From Camelus dromedarius (Eukaryota), in assembly GCF_036321535.1 (NCBI RefSeq), contig NC_087437.1, forward strand, positions 7,378,001 to 7,442,000: a stretch of DNA of 64,000 nt. Reading direction: 5' to 3'. The notes under the pieces were generated by a model. The model searched no databases, was not told the DNA's origin, and worked only from the letters and a program-made list of their open reading frames with translations. Made by a program: the position numbers and the translations under genes. Positions within the stretch are counted from its first letter, which is position 1, and every line of letters starts with the position of its first letter. Of the stretch, positions 26,106 through 38,717 are shown piece after piece.

Positions 26106-27188
26106 TGGTGACTTTGGAGCCAGAAAAGTTTATTTGTTTCTTAGGTGGAGCAGCTAGATCTACACTTCTATTTTTAGTCCAATTAAGGGTTGTTTTTGAT
26201 AATAAAATAGAAATATTTATGGATCCACAGGAGGTAAAGAAGTTCATTAATGCTCTGGATAAATAACAGAATGAGCAGTAGAAAAATCTATTGACAGATT
26301 TAATCAGGAAATTGTGAAAACAACCAGATATAGCTGATTTTGTAAGACATGGAAAGATTAGATTCAGAATAACTTGATTGGGTGAATTTGAAAAGATTTT
26401 CTTTCCCTACACACTGCTGAAAGTTTATTTATTGCTGTGATCTTAGCATAATGATTGGAAATAAGAAAGCAGAATTTAAATTCCCAATCATTAACCATCC
26501 TGATTATCACCATTCTGGCTGGGAGGAAAGATACAATGGCGACTAGCCTACTTGGTACACAAGAGTTTTCGTAGACTTTCACGCAGGTGTGTGAGCAAGA
26601 CTTTTCTCACCCTCATCATATCACCCATCTCATGTGAGCCTGTGAGGAAGGGGAATAGTGGGCACTAGAGAAAGAAAGACAAAATAAACCTGTCTGAATA
26701 AATACTTTCTAATTTTTGTGGTATCAAATAATGATTTAAGCATTTCCATGTGAGGATTTTTTTTTTTTTTGAGTATGAAAAGTTTGGAGAGCTTTAAAAA
26801 AATCATTCTAAAAATGAAGGACTTTAATTAATAAAAAATATTCCTATATAATACATTTATACAGTAAAATTAGGAAAGTTGTTATGAAGGAATAAAATAG
26901 AATTGTAGCATAGACATGCATTTCTTGCCTTATTGGGGAAAAGACATTTTTTAAGTGGAAAAGAGAATATAAATGCTAGATATGTGCAGGCAGAGTTCTT
27001 TATCTTATATCTGAATTATTAAATGCTCAAGTCCATTATTTTTTTCCAGTTTAGCTAAAATAGAAGAGGATGTAACATATATAATGTTAGCAGGGATTTC
27101 AATTAAATTGTGGATCTATAGTTAGATTGAACATTTGGAAGAATTACATAAAGGTTCAAGTATCAGACATATATATATATATATATTA

Positions 27189-27519
27189 CATCATCCCTCT
27201 GTATCCACAGGGGATTGGTTCAGGCAGCCCCTACCCATGCCAAAATCCTTGGATGCTCAAGTCCCTTACATAAAATGGTATAGAATTTGCATATAACCTA
27301 CACATACCCTGCTATATACTTTAAACCATCTCTGGATAATTTATAATACCTAATACAATGTAAATGTTAGGTAAATAGTTGTTAATTCAATGTAAGTACT
27401 ATATAAGTAGTTATCAGCATGTGGAAAATTTAAGTTTTGCTTTTTGGAATTTTCTGGAATTTTCTTTTCTGAATATTTTCCATCTGTAGATGCAGAACTC
27501 ATGGATACAGAGGACTGAT

Positions 27520-27521
<2 letters not shown>
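27189..27521 (+). mobile_element. MER2/MER2B Tigger-family DNA transposon
   Basis: TIR-like ends 'catcatccctctgtatccacagggga' and 'catggatacagaggactga'; internal 'ggatgctcaagtccctt..aaaatgg'. Confidence 0.85.

Positions 27522-27522
<1 letters not shown>

Positions 27523-27557
<35 letters not shown>
27523..27557 (+). repeat. (CA)n microsatellite
   Basis: Directly visible. Confidence 0.95.
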
Positions 27558-27560
<3 letters not shown>

Positions 27561-28099
27561 TTCATTATCATCATTTTAGGGCAAATAAACTAGATAGACA
27601 TATGGCTGCCTAATTCTCATGCAGTCTTTTTGGGTCTATTTCATTACCTGCATGCAGAATTTTAAGAAATTAGTTTCAGATTCTTAAAAACATAAAAGCT
27701 CTGATTTCCTCTGCCAAGAATTCCACAATTGTGCTTACATGGTCTAAAATGCAACCAACTCAGTAGAATGGTATTTTATATAAAAAGAAAGAGGCACCTA
27801 ATTAGTGCACACATAATCTATTATTTACCAGAATGTGTAAGCATACACCACATACAAATTCCTACACTCACACTTGTACAGAGGCTAATTCTTATCATGG
27901 CTGTGTGACACCGTGAGCCAGATATTCACCCTAAATTAGGGTGCAGTATGGAGAAGCAGCTGTTAGTAACAACATCAATGTGCTAGAAAATTCTAGATGC
28001 TACATGTATTTTATTTCATTTACTCCTAATGTTACAATATAACATATAATTATATGTAATATATAATAAAATATTTTTCTATACATAATATCTTTATTT

Positions 28100-28828
28100 A
28101 CTTCTCTTTCTTTTCCTTTTCCCACATAATTTAAGATATATTGAACTTAAAGTATTTAAGTGTTGTTAACTTGACATCATAATATTTAAATTTGGGGATA
28201 TCAAGGATGGAAGTAAACATCATCCAAGGACTTCGCATCCTCTTCTGAGGAAAGGTTAGTACATTTTCATGTGCACACAGGATAGTTATATCATGTTACG
28301 TGGAAGTATGACCTTGTTATTGTCTTTATTTGGAGATTAAGTACAGTTTATGGATATATGTATGGGTGCCAAGTTCATGGCAGGGTGGATTTGGGATGGC
28401 CATCTTCAATGTGTCAACCTGGTTGAGCCACAGTGCTCAGATCTGTGGTCAAATATCATTCTGGGTGTTTCTGTGAAGGTGTTTTGAATGAAATTAGTAT
28501 TTAAATCAATTGACTTTGAGTAAAGCATATTCCTCTCTATAACATGGGTGGGCCTCATTTAATCAGTTGAAGACTGACTAGACCAAAAGCTCCCTGAGCT
28601 AGAGGGAATTGTGCAGCAGATGGCCTGTGGGCTTGACCTGCAGCCTGGGGTCTCCAGCCTGCCAGCCCACCCTGCAGATTTTGGATTTGCCAGCCTCCAT
28701 AATCACATAAGCCAATTCCCTAAAATAAATCTCTTTATATATATGTAGATGTACACCCACACACAAACACACACATACATACACATATACCATTGGTTCT
28801 ATTTCTCTGTCAAACCCTGACTAATACA
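28100..28828 (+). mobile_element. ERVL internal 3' end + MLT2 LTR (LTR ~28392-28828)
   Basis: 'tatgggtgccaagtt...gggtgga' precedes the LTR 'tgggatgg..tgtgtcaacctgg...aaataaatctc...ccctgactaataca'. Confidence 0.8.
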
Positions 28829-28854
28829 CAATTGAGTGAAGAAAGGACTCAAAT

Positions 28855-28980
28855 CTCTGTCAAATAGATGAGGAAAATAAAGCTCACAGAGGTTTAATTA
28901 TCCAAGATCATACAACCAGCAAATTGTGATGTTAGAATCTGAACCCTCCCGTCTTCCAGTGTAAAAGCCAACGTTCTTCT
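28855..28980 (-). mobile_element. MIR fragment
   Basis: 'atagatgaggaaaataaagctcacagaggtt..ccaagatcatacaaccagc'. Confidence 0.7.
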
Positions 28981-29598
28981 GTATCTTTTATGTAACCCTC
29001 AAAAGAGGCTTCTAATAACCAGTACTTTTATAAATGTACTGATTATTGGGTTACATGACTATGATCACCTCTTAATTTGTAAACTGAAAGGGCAAGAAGC
29101 ATATTTAGCTGTTGTGTTGGCTGTGTCTAACACAATGTCGGACACAGGAATCCCCAGGAAACACATATACTCACACCGCACATCCCTCCTCCTATTCTAC
29201 CCACATCAGAAGCAATACACATTCCCTGCAGCATGAAGTATCTAATTCAAGAGAGTTTCCCATTTATGCAAACAGGCAACAGTGCATTTCTTTTCTCCAT
29301 TGTTTGATGTCACGAGTAACAGTGAGCACAGACAGTCCTCTTAATCTCTCTGAGCTTCCATTTTTTGTTAAACCTAAGTCTGGCCTGCAAAAGGGTTGCC
29401 GAGTTTCCTGACTTCAAACATTTGCACATTCGCCATCCATGATGTTTTCCTGACTCACATATCGTCAAAAGAATGTGTAATGCTCTACTGATAAGAAGCA
29501 CTACTTAACATTGGTCCCAACTGCAGCCGTAGCATTGGCACTTTTTGAATACTCATTAAGATAAATGCATAAATGTTCAAAAAATTAAATTTTCTGTG

Positions 29599-29676
29599 TA
29601 CAAACTAAAAGCATACAAACTCATACAAACTAAAAGCATACAAACTCATGTACACTCATGTGTACAAACTCATGTG
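29599..29676 (+). repeat. 25-bp tandem duplication with degenerate follow-on units
   Basis: tacaaactaaaagcatacaaactca occurs twice (29599-29623, 29624-29648), then tgtacactcatg / tgtacaaactcatg. Confidence 0.9.
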
Positions 29677-30206
29677 AAATGAGTACTACACTTTGGGGAA
29701 AAAATAGATCTAATATAGAACTTAAATGCTTGCCTCGTTCTGTCTCCATGTGTTTACGAATTGACTACTGAACACTAGGTAATTGTATAATTACCCCAGA
29801 TATCATCTTCCTATTAATCCTTCAAGACCTAAAATCCTCTAAGTGGGATGAGATGTTCTCAGTCCTCCGTAGTCCAACCATCCCACGGTAGCTCGAACAC
29901 TCCTATAGAAGCCACAGGCAGTGAAGTGTTCATGGATACTTGTTTAAAACTTGAAGGGGTCTTTTCTAGAGGTTGTTCATCGATTTTGTTAATCATAATC
30001 TACATTATGAAATACATTTACATGGTGACAGATAAATATAGGCACATAAATGTATATGGTATATAGATGTAATTAAGGTAATACTTTAATGAAATACATG
30101 TACAATTTCTTCATTCTGCTCTATTCTAGTCTATTCATCCCTCTATTCTCTTTCATTTTTTCAAATTGTAGGTTGCCATCTACCAAATTTATTTTATAAC
30201 ACATGT

Positions 30207-30772
30207 TGTATTAAATATCTGTTGCTGTGTAGCAATATTGCTGCAAGTTTAGAAGCTTAAAAACACACTTTAAATTTCTCATAGTTTCTGTGAGTCAGAG
30301 ATCAATATACGTCTTATCTCTGTCCTCTCCAAAGCTGCAATCAAGGCTTCAGCCAGGGCTGTGCTCTCATCCGAGATTCAACTGGGGAAGGATTCATTTC
30401 CTCACCCATTTGGTTTTTGGCAGCATTCAGTTCCTCGCAGGCTATTGGACTAAGGGCCTGGTTTCTTCCTGGCTGTTGTCTGTTCTTTGCCTTAATTTCT
30501 TGCCATGTGGCCCTTTTACTTGAGAAGCTCCCAACATAGCAGTTTGCTTTTTAAAGTCAGCAAGAGAAAGAATCTCCTTGCAGAACAAGCACTACAATCT
30601 TATATAATGTGATCGCAAGTATGTGATCACATATGCCTTGTTGCCTTTAACACATTCTATTGGTCAGAAGTACATCACAGGTCCTGAGCACACTCAAAAG
30701 GAAGTGATTTTGCCAGTGGGTTAATGTCAGGATGAGAGCACTTAGGGGCCACCTTTGGTTCTGTCTGCCATA
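30207..30772 (-). mobile_element. MLT1 (MaLR) solo LTR, MLT1D/F-like
   Basis: 'tgtatta..tgttgctgtgtagcaa..gcttaaaaacac..aagctgcaatcaagg..ctattggtcagaag..ctgtctgccata'. Confidence 0.8.
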
Positions 30773-31319
30773 AAAACTAAAGTATCCATCTCTGAAATTT
30801 GAAAAATACTGGCCTAATGAGTGAATTCTCGTCAGATAATAACTCTGAGCCTCTGCAGACCAGCAAGGCAAGAATCGTCATTCATAATCTTTGATATTCT
30901 ATGTGATATTAACTCATATGTATATACTTATATTTAAAAAGAGTTAATAGTATCAATATCCAAAAAAAAGTATCAATTTCCAATAAATATACTTCTCTAC
31001 ATGTTTAAAGGCAAATGTTTTCTCAAAATCTAGAAAGATGGATTTGATATAAATTACATGCAGTAATAGTTAAAGAAAAACTTAAAAGTAAGTTAAGTAT
31101 GTATCATATTAATCCACATATTTATAAGCTAATATTGCCCCCAATATTTTTTATCACATCATTGTTGTAAAAATTTTAAGAAATTTTTCAAAGTTGTTAG
31201 TTTAAGTATAATTATTTTGCCATCCTACATTTTAAAACAATTTTATTATTTAGAACAATATTTATTACCCATCACTGCTGCCCCAAATAGGGCCAGCTCT
31301 GGAACGAGGGTTTGAAGAG

Positions 31320-31680
31320 CTTTTAATTTGTAAATTAAGCATCATAATAAGAAACAGCTTTTCACCCTGTCTCGTTTTTCCACATAATGGTCATCTGAAC
31401 TGTCTCTGAGTCTGGAGGTTGCTGTTAACAATCCGAATTGTATTACTGCTGGGCTAGCTAACATTCAAATTAGACTTTCCAAACAGTGTGGAGAAAATGG
31501 TCAGCTCTTTGATGGGATTTATGATGGACACACGGCCGGGCTAATGAAGACGATATGTCAAGCCTTGAACAACAATGATTTTAGGGATTTCTGAGACAGC
31601 TATTGGGTTGATGGAGATTTCGTTTTTGGTGGTTGCAATCCGAATTAGCGATAACCACCTTTACAGAGATAAGATTGAAG
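31320..31680. promoter_or_regulatory. Putative conserved non-coding element
   Basis: Unique sequence with several CpGs, TAAT/ATTA, AACAAT (SOX-like) and GATTTAT motifs; 'caatccgaatt' occurs twice. Confidence 0.35.
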
Positions 31681-32699
31681 ATGAAGGCTGTGTGTATATG
31701 TGTGTGTGAGAGAGTGTGTGTGTGAGTGAGTGGCAGGGATAGGGGCCTGGTTTGGGCTAGACAAATAATTCTAGGAGTAGTCAAAGAGAAATCTTATCTG
31801 AAACGATGTGCATAACCTGAAATTTGGTGGTGGGATTTTTGGTGGGATTAGGAAGAGGTAAGGAAGAAAATGAGGAGTCAGTACCATGCAACAAACATGC
31901 ATCTTTATGATGATCCTTAGCACTTCCATTCCACACATGGGGAGCTTCCACTAAGATGAACTAAGTAGGAGCCATTTCTCCAGCCTGTGTCTATTCATCA
32001 GAGATTGCACACTAAACACTTCTCCCTAAAGCCATGATGAGCCTGACTCCCTACATTTCACCCCTTTTAACTTCTGAACTCCCCAGATTATGCTTACTTA
32101 CTTCCATGTCTGCGAAACATCTTTATTCTGTAAGAATCATATTTTTAGAGAGAAGGGAGAATATTGAATGTTCGTACTTTTCAAAAACTTCAACAAACGT
32201 TCCGGTTGGAAAGAAAAGACTCAGGAAATTAAGTATTAGTCTATCAAAATAACTTTATATTGGAAATTACACAAAAAATTTTCCCTTTTTAACTGGCAAG
32301 GTTTATATTTTGGAAGATTATTGTTAACTGAAATTATCATTAAAATGAAAGTGATCATTTATCAAACTTCAAAAATATTCAGTTGTTTGAAATTTCAGAT
32401 CTCCGTACGAACCATTGAGAACATGGCAGTGGAGTAAAACTCCAGTTTGGCTAACACCACTTCATGTTATCTCTTCAATTAAACTCTCACATACGCCTTT
32501 GAAAAAGATATTGAAACCTCATGTCCTCCTTGAAAGACCTTTTCTGAATTAAAAGTAATTACCATTCTTCTGTTTCTGGCAAGTATGGAGTAACAGGGAT
32601 CAAATTATCTATCTACTTTGTCCATTATCTTAGCAACCATTATTTAAGGTATTTCATCCAGTTTGTGTTTGTTTGTTTGTTTGTTTGTTTTTTCAGGTA

Positions 32700-33225
32700 A
32701 AACCACTTTAGAAGATAGTTTGGCAATTTCAGAATACATAGACATTTACCAAACAGTTCAGCAATTCCATTTCTATTTATTTACCCAAAATGAATGAAAG
32801 CTTATGTCCACACAAGGACTAATCAGCGATAAAAAGCAATGGACCAGAAACTGACACAGCATTGTAAACTGACTATACTTCAATAAAAAAATAGCAATGG
32901 ACTCTTGATATATACAACAACCTGGATGAATCTAAAATAATCACACAGAATGGAAGGAGCTAGATAGTGAAGGGTGTATACTATATGATTCCATCTCTAT
33001 AAAACTCCAGAAAAATGAAATCTATAGTGATAGAAAGATCAGTGGCTGTCTGAGACCAGGGTCAGAGGTGGAGAAACTCTTCAGGCTGATGGATGTGTTC
33101 GCTATTTTGATTTTGGCAATGATTTCATGGAGTTTTTTTTAATAAATAGATCAAAGTTATAAAATTGAATACTTTAAATATGTGCAGTTTACTGTTTGCC
33201 AATTATGCTTTGATAAAGCTGTTAA
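32700..33225 (+). mobile_element. Old L1M 3' fragment with nested 44-bp young L1 (32845-32888)
   Basis: 'aaccactttagaagatagtttggca..cagcaattcc..ctatatgattcc..tgtgcagtttactg..ataaagctg'. The nested insert is flanked by aaa(a/t)agcaatggac. Confidence 0.8.
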
Positions 33226-33516
33226 ATTCTTCCGGTAAGTAATTATTGTGACCAGAACTTAATCTAAGCCATGGGACAGAGCACAGTGTTCTTTCCAAGT
33301 ACTCCTCTAATCGCCAGATTATGATGTACCACTGATAGGAGTATGCCCTCCTCCCATGCCACTCAAATTCCTAACTAAAACATCAAATTGCAAAAGGAAA
33401 GGTAGTACCAGCAAGGAAGCCTGGCTCCCAGAAGATAGAATTTTAATTCTGTATGTCATTTGGCTCTTTTTTTAAAATGATGGAAAGATGCCATCTTTAA
33501 AAAAAAAAAAACAGTA

Positions 33517-33538
33517 TTTTTCTTCTCCACAGGTAAGT
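33517..33538 (+). other. Recursive-splice-site-like motif (pyrimidine tract-CAG|GTAAGT)
   Basis: tttttcttctccacAG|GTAAGT; AG at 33531-33532. Confidence 0.4.
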
Positions 33539-34026
33539 ATTTTTAAAGGAAATTGTACTATCAATATCTGATCAAGCAGATTCCTATTCCCTCCAGGTTT
33601 AATGTTTTCCATCTGCAATATAAAAGGAAGATAATGCACAATTATGCTAGTAAAACTCTCTCTTCCAATAATGTTTGCACTTCTCAATACCACATTTAAA
33701 AAGGAAATAGTAGCACTTGAAAAGTTAAGTAAGAAGATGAGCAAAATTGAACAGAGGGAAAATAACTGTCTGAAGACATGCTGAAAATACATTTGCAGAC
33801 TGTCTGAGACAGCAGCTGATCCAGCCAGCCTCCCTTTTACAGAGCTGAGCATCATTCAGGTGGAAATATTTGACCTGCAGCCTGGAAAGTGAGGAGGGAC
33901 TCCAACAAGATATCAAGGGCTGAATAAATGATTCATCCCAGGAATCAGGCAGAGGAGGTCCAAAGTTCTATCCCTCTACCTGGGTAAATTGTGACCTCTT
34001 TGCTGTGCATTTTAAATATATGCATA

Positions 34027-34292
34027 TGGCTGGGGTGGGGTGGCAAATTGGAAGTATGAGATTAACAGATGCACACTACCACATATAAAAGAGATAAACA
34101 ACAAGGGTTTACTGTATAAGCACAGGGAACTATATTCAGTATCTTGTAATAAACTCTAATGGAAAGGAATCGAAAAAAGAATATAGATACATATATATGG
34201 ATATGGATAACTGAATCACTTTGCTGGACATTTGATCCTAACACAATATTGTAAATCAATTCTACTTCAATTAAACACATATATAAATAAAT
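34027..34292 (+). mobile_element. Young L1 3' end with TSD
   Basis: 'gagattaacagatgcacactacc..gcacagggaactatattcag..tctacttcaattaaa'. TSD aaatatatgcata (34014-34026) / aaatatatacata (34293-34305). Confidence 0.9.
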
Positions 34293-34454
34293 AAATATAT
34301 ACATACACCTCACTTAATGACTTTTATACATTCCTGAAAACTTTATCCCTAAGGGAAAAGTTGTTAAATTTAAAAAAAAAAAAGATTTCTTTCAATTTTA
34401 ATTGGAAGAAATGATGGCATGTTCCATTCCAACCCATTATACCCCAAATATATC

Positions 34455-34456
<2 letters not shown>

Positions 34457-34522
<66 letters not shown>
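34457..34522. repeat. (TA)n microsatellite
   Basis: About 30 TA units with one TG interruption. Confidence 0.95.
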
Positions 34523-34523
<1 letters not shown>

Positions 34524-35484
34524 AATTTAAAAACATATCAAAATATACAAACAAAAACAATTTGAAAAATATACCATCTGAACAATGAAAGCAAGCTTGT
34601 ATAAGAAACAAAGAGTAACTTAAAGGTTAGTAAGTTGAGCTTGTACTTAAAACGTAATGGATTGAAAGTTCACGATGTTCAATAAGGGAGGAAGGAAAGA
34701 CTGTAGAAAGTAGTGGGTGGTACGTGGTGGGAATAGTTGCAAAGGACTTATTTTGGGGGGGAAATGCATTTTTATTTCTGCATCACTTTCTTCATGAATT
34801 GTTTTTTACCTTTTGTGAGCTTATAGTGTTCTTGAACTCAAATTCATATTAAAAATAAAGTTAAAGCACAAAGAAAAAAAGTATTCTAAGGCAAAATAAA
34901 GGCAAAGCAAGCGAGCCTTTCACAACACATGGAAACTGCAAACACACACATACACACACTCATTTACACACACACTCAGAACAAAGAGATGTACAAATGG
35001 CACCTCCCCAATCTTCTCACTTGTGCCCTTTTACGCACAGTAAGTTTTTCTGGGCTCAACCAAGCACAGGAGCAATTTGAATATATTCAATCTATTTTCT
35101 CTGATTAGAAACTCTTGAGGAGTAAATTGATGAGTGTATCTTTGCCTAAAATAGTAAAGGCAAAGTATCACCTCTGATTGCCTATTTAGTGGCATTGTGG
35201 TTATATAGAATATAACCGCTCTTATTATATACATATATATAATATATAATACATAGGAATTGTCTAAATAATAAGTTGCAGACCTTTTCCAGAACCATTA
35301 TTTGAAGAGTTATGTGAGAAATGTCTCCAGCACACTTAGGAAGGAATACTCTGTTGACTCAACGATTTTCTTCCCACAGTTGGGGAGAATTTTTCTTCAA
35401 TAGTTGGTAGAAGTCTGTATAGTGTTTAGAATACAGAATACCTGAGCCCTGTTGCCCAAAATGTATCCATTAAAACTCATCCTC

Positions 35485-35633
35485 AAGGGGAACTATATTC
35501 AATTTCTTCTGATAACATATAGTGGAAAAAATGTGCAAACATATATGTATGTATGTGTATAACTGAATCACTTTGCTGTACACCTGAAATTAACACTGTA
35601 AATCAATTACACTTCAATAAAAAATGTTTTTAA
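35485..35633 (+). mobile_element. Short young L1 3' end with TSD
   Basis: 'gggaactatattcaa..ctgaatcactttgctgtacacctgaaa..cttcaataaa'. TSD aaaactcatcctc (35472-35484) / aaaactcaccctc (35634-35646). Confidence 0.9.
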
Positions 35634-36749
35634 AAAACTCACCCTCCGATTTACTGAATTGGAGCTTCACCAGGGAGTCTCATTCCTAAACTTTGGGGCT
35701 ATCTTCCCCCAAGTCATGGAGAAGAGATTGTATCAAACCATTGTTATTCTTCCTTAACAAAGAGCATGCATTTAAAACTTGGGTGGAATCCCAGGCACTG
35801 TCTGCACCCTCCAAGGGGAACTTGAAGTCTCATGACCACAGCTGTCTGATCAGAGGGGCTGAGAGACACAGACCACTTCTGCATATGGACTACAGGCTTG
35901 GTCTTCCCTGGAGACAGTGCACAGTCATTAACTTGGTTGAACTGGAGGTTCTCTCCAGTTAGGTGACAGTGAAAACAATGTGTCCGAGCAGTGGAAGGTT
36001 CGTACCTGAAGGCACTTCTAAAGCAAACGAACTTACATTAGTTTCCTTCTCACAAAATGGAATTCCAGATGAAAAACTGAAAGCAGCAACCACGTGAGTA
36101 AACAATAGTGATAATGACAAAATCTGCAAAGCCTTTCTAGATACACAAGTGTTACAGGGTTTTCCCTCACTTCCGTACAGAGTGTAAAGAGAAACCGTTA
36201 CTCTTTTGTTGCTATTTGAAAACGAGGAAACTGAAAAGTTACTCTAAAGACACACAGTCAAAATACATCACAGTGCCCATGAAATCCAGGGGTCTGCATT
36301 TCGAAAGCAGATCTTCTGTTTACAAATTTAGACCCTCTCATGTGGCTATAAACCCCAGAGTATGAAAATAAAGGTAAAGCCAAAAAAGGTGTATTTTTCC
36401 CCAATATGGTGATGTTCACTGATGGAAATAGAAATAATTTACTTAGAAAATGCAAGTTCAAATAAAACCTATTTCATAAGGGCTATGAAAACATAATAAT
36501 GAGATAGATTTTTAGCCATCTTGCTTTCTATTGATAATTACACTTTTTCTAGCCTTATTTTTTTAATGCACTTTTTTTCCTCCTCTAGTAGAAAAGTCAT
36601 GCATGCCCACTAAGGAAAGCTTGAACAAAGTATAAAGAAAGGTAACAGTCAAATTTCTAAAGCATTCAAAAAAGGACAAATGAAATGGTACCAGATTAAG
36701 AATGTGTGCCTCAAAATGTGTAACAGAGAGGACTGATGGGCTTGGAGCT

Positions 36750-36931
36750 GCAGATCTCAAAGTGTGGTCCTCAGACCAGCATGATGGGCATCACCTGGGA
36801 ACGTGTTAGGACTGCAATTCTCAGGTACCACCCAGACCTATTAATCCGATGCTTAGGGGCTGGGAGCCAGCAATAGGTGTTTTAATAAATGTTCCACGGA
36901 ATTCTGATATAGCTGAATTTGAGAAACACTG
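36750..36931 (+). mobile_element. MER5A hAT-Charlie MITE
   Basis: 'tctcaaagtgtggtcctcagaccagc..catcacctggga..tttgagaaacactg'. Confidence 0.9.
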
Positions 36932-37999
36932 GCTTAGAGAAAACTGGCATTTTAAAATAATTGAAAGGTTTCTTGTTTTGTTTTAATGATTTGTGTTTCA
37001 GTGTTCAGAACAGATCCAGTGAATGGTCATTTTGGGGCGATAGATTTAGACCTCATCCAAGTGAGGACTTCCAATTGAATGGAGCTGTCTGCAGATGAGA
37101 CTGACCCCACGTAAGGATAGCCCACAGGGTTTTCCTAGGCTGAAGCTGGAGGCAGGTGTCTGTCTTGCACAGGGAGCAAGTTTAAACTAAGGATGTAGGT
37201 GCCTGGGGCTCTCAGAAAATATCCATGGCTCTTTACAGCTCTGCATGACATATATTCAGCTCTAAACTCTGCTTCACTATCCAGTGTCTCTGTGTCAGTG
37301 AGCTAAGGATGAGACACTATTAACAATTATTTTGTTGCTGACAACTGATGATAAAGGAAAGCCTAGAGTTATGCTTTTCCCAGGCTGACACCAATGCCTC
37401 ATTCCTTAGTCTAACTCTTTGATAAATGACCTTGACTTGACTTAATAAAAGTCCTCTGCCCTAAAGTCCAATGCAGTGTGATAAAAATTCTATGGAAAGC
37501 ATCCTTGCAGCTCCAGTTTTCAATTCTGCTTCTCCTATCACATAGTCCTGTATTTCAGTTTCTTCTCTGTAACATTAAATGGTTGGGACATATGATTCCT
37601 TAAGCCTACTTACCACATATTGGTTTTTTCTTTTATACACCTTAACACATGCAACAATCACCCCACCAGAGTTTCCAAGACCCTGGTGGCGTAGGATGGT
37701 GCTATCCATATGCTAATCAGAGTGATCTGCCATCCAAACAAGAAAGTCATGATCTTTACCATTTTGGGGTCTTCCCTGGTTTCAGGTACTGGCCGACAAA
37801 TTACAGAACAATCACCGAACATAAAGGGATGTGTTTGGAACAATTTCTTTGTATCTACACAGGTTCAATATGGAGACTGGCAGTAGATGGCCAACAGACA
37901 GTTTCCTTAACTGGAAAAAGTTTTTAAATGAGGCTTCGTGGATGAACTCTTTTGCATCATTACAAAGAGGAAAATAGAGAAATCTCCTAACTGAAGAAA

Positions 38000-38215
38000 G
38001 TGAAATCCACTTTACTTAATGCGGACCTCTGTCCCTGGTGTGCAGGTCCTCTGTGTCCAAAGATAATTAGCACTTTATAATGCTAATTATTATAATTATG
38101 TCTGAGAAAAAAATCATTAGGGGGTAGGCCCGTTCACTGATTTTCAATTGCCCCCTCTATTTAAAAATAAGGTCACTTTTCTATAAAATAGCTTTAGGAG
38201 CGCAAAGCAGAAAGA
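38000..38215. promoter_or_regulatory. Putative conserved non-coding element with 10-bp inverted repeat
   Basis: ataattagca-ctttataa-tgctaattat (38063-38090); MEF2-like TTAAAAATAA overlapping AGGTCA (38161-38175). Confidence 0.45.
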
Positions 38216-38389
38216 GGGTTATGAAAAAATCTCAGGTATAGTCCTGAGTTTTTAACATTCTTATAATTCTGTGATGTGTCTGGGAACTGAAGAGGGAGGG
38301 AAATACTGAAGCTATTTAGTCTAGGAGACTGAAAATCAGGACCAAGAAGAGCAAATGTTTTCCATAAGAGTTAATCATCAAATACTCAT

Positions 38390-38625
38390 TTATTTACCAT
38401 TCACTCCGTGCCTGGCTCTGTGTGCCTGTGCTGAGCTGTTTCCAGATGCTACCTCATTAACAATCTTCACCACCATTCCATCAGGCAAGTATTAGTAACT
38501 CACTTTTGTTTTTACACATAAGGAAGGGATGATTCCATTTGTTCACTATCATGTTTATAGCAAGCAGAAAGCTGGATTCTGACTTAAGTTTACTCACTCC
38601 AAAGTTCAGGCTGTTAGCACTTCGC
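38390..38625 (-). mobile_element. MIR SINE
   Basis: 'tttaccattcactccgtgcctggctctgtg..ctcattaacaatcttcac..actccaaagttcaggct'. Confidence 0.65.
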
Positions 38626-38717
38626 TACCCCATGTTTATGAGCAAATGCACCATTTCTGTTAGGGCTCTGGAAATACTGAGCTAATGTACTGGTATGAGA
38701 GGCCAAGACTGGAAATA

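Noticed and set aside
29599..29676. CRISPR-like repeat array
   Set aside because: Contiguous tandem units with no unique spacers, in a mammalian genome.
32670..32702. Second recursive-site-like motif (tttttcag|gtaaaa)
   Set aside because: Formed by a (TTTG)n microsatellite abutting an L1 fragment; the donor is weak.
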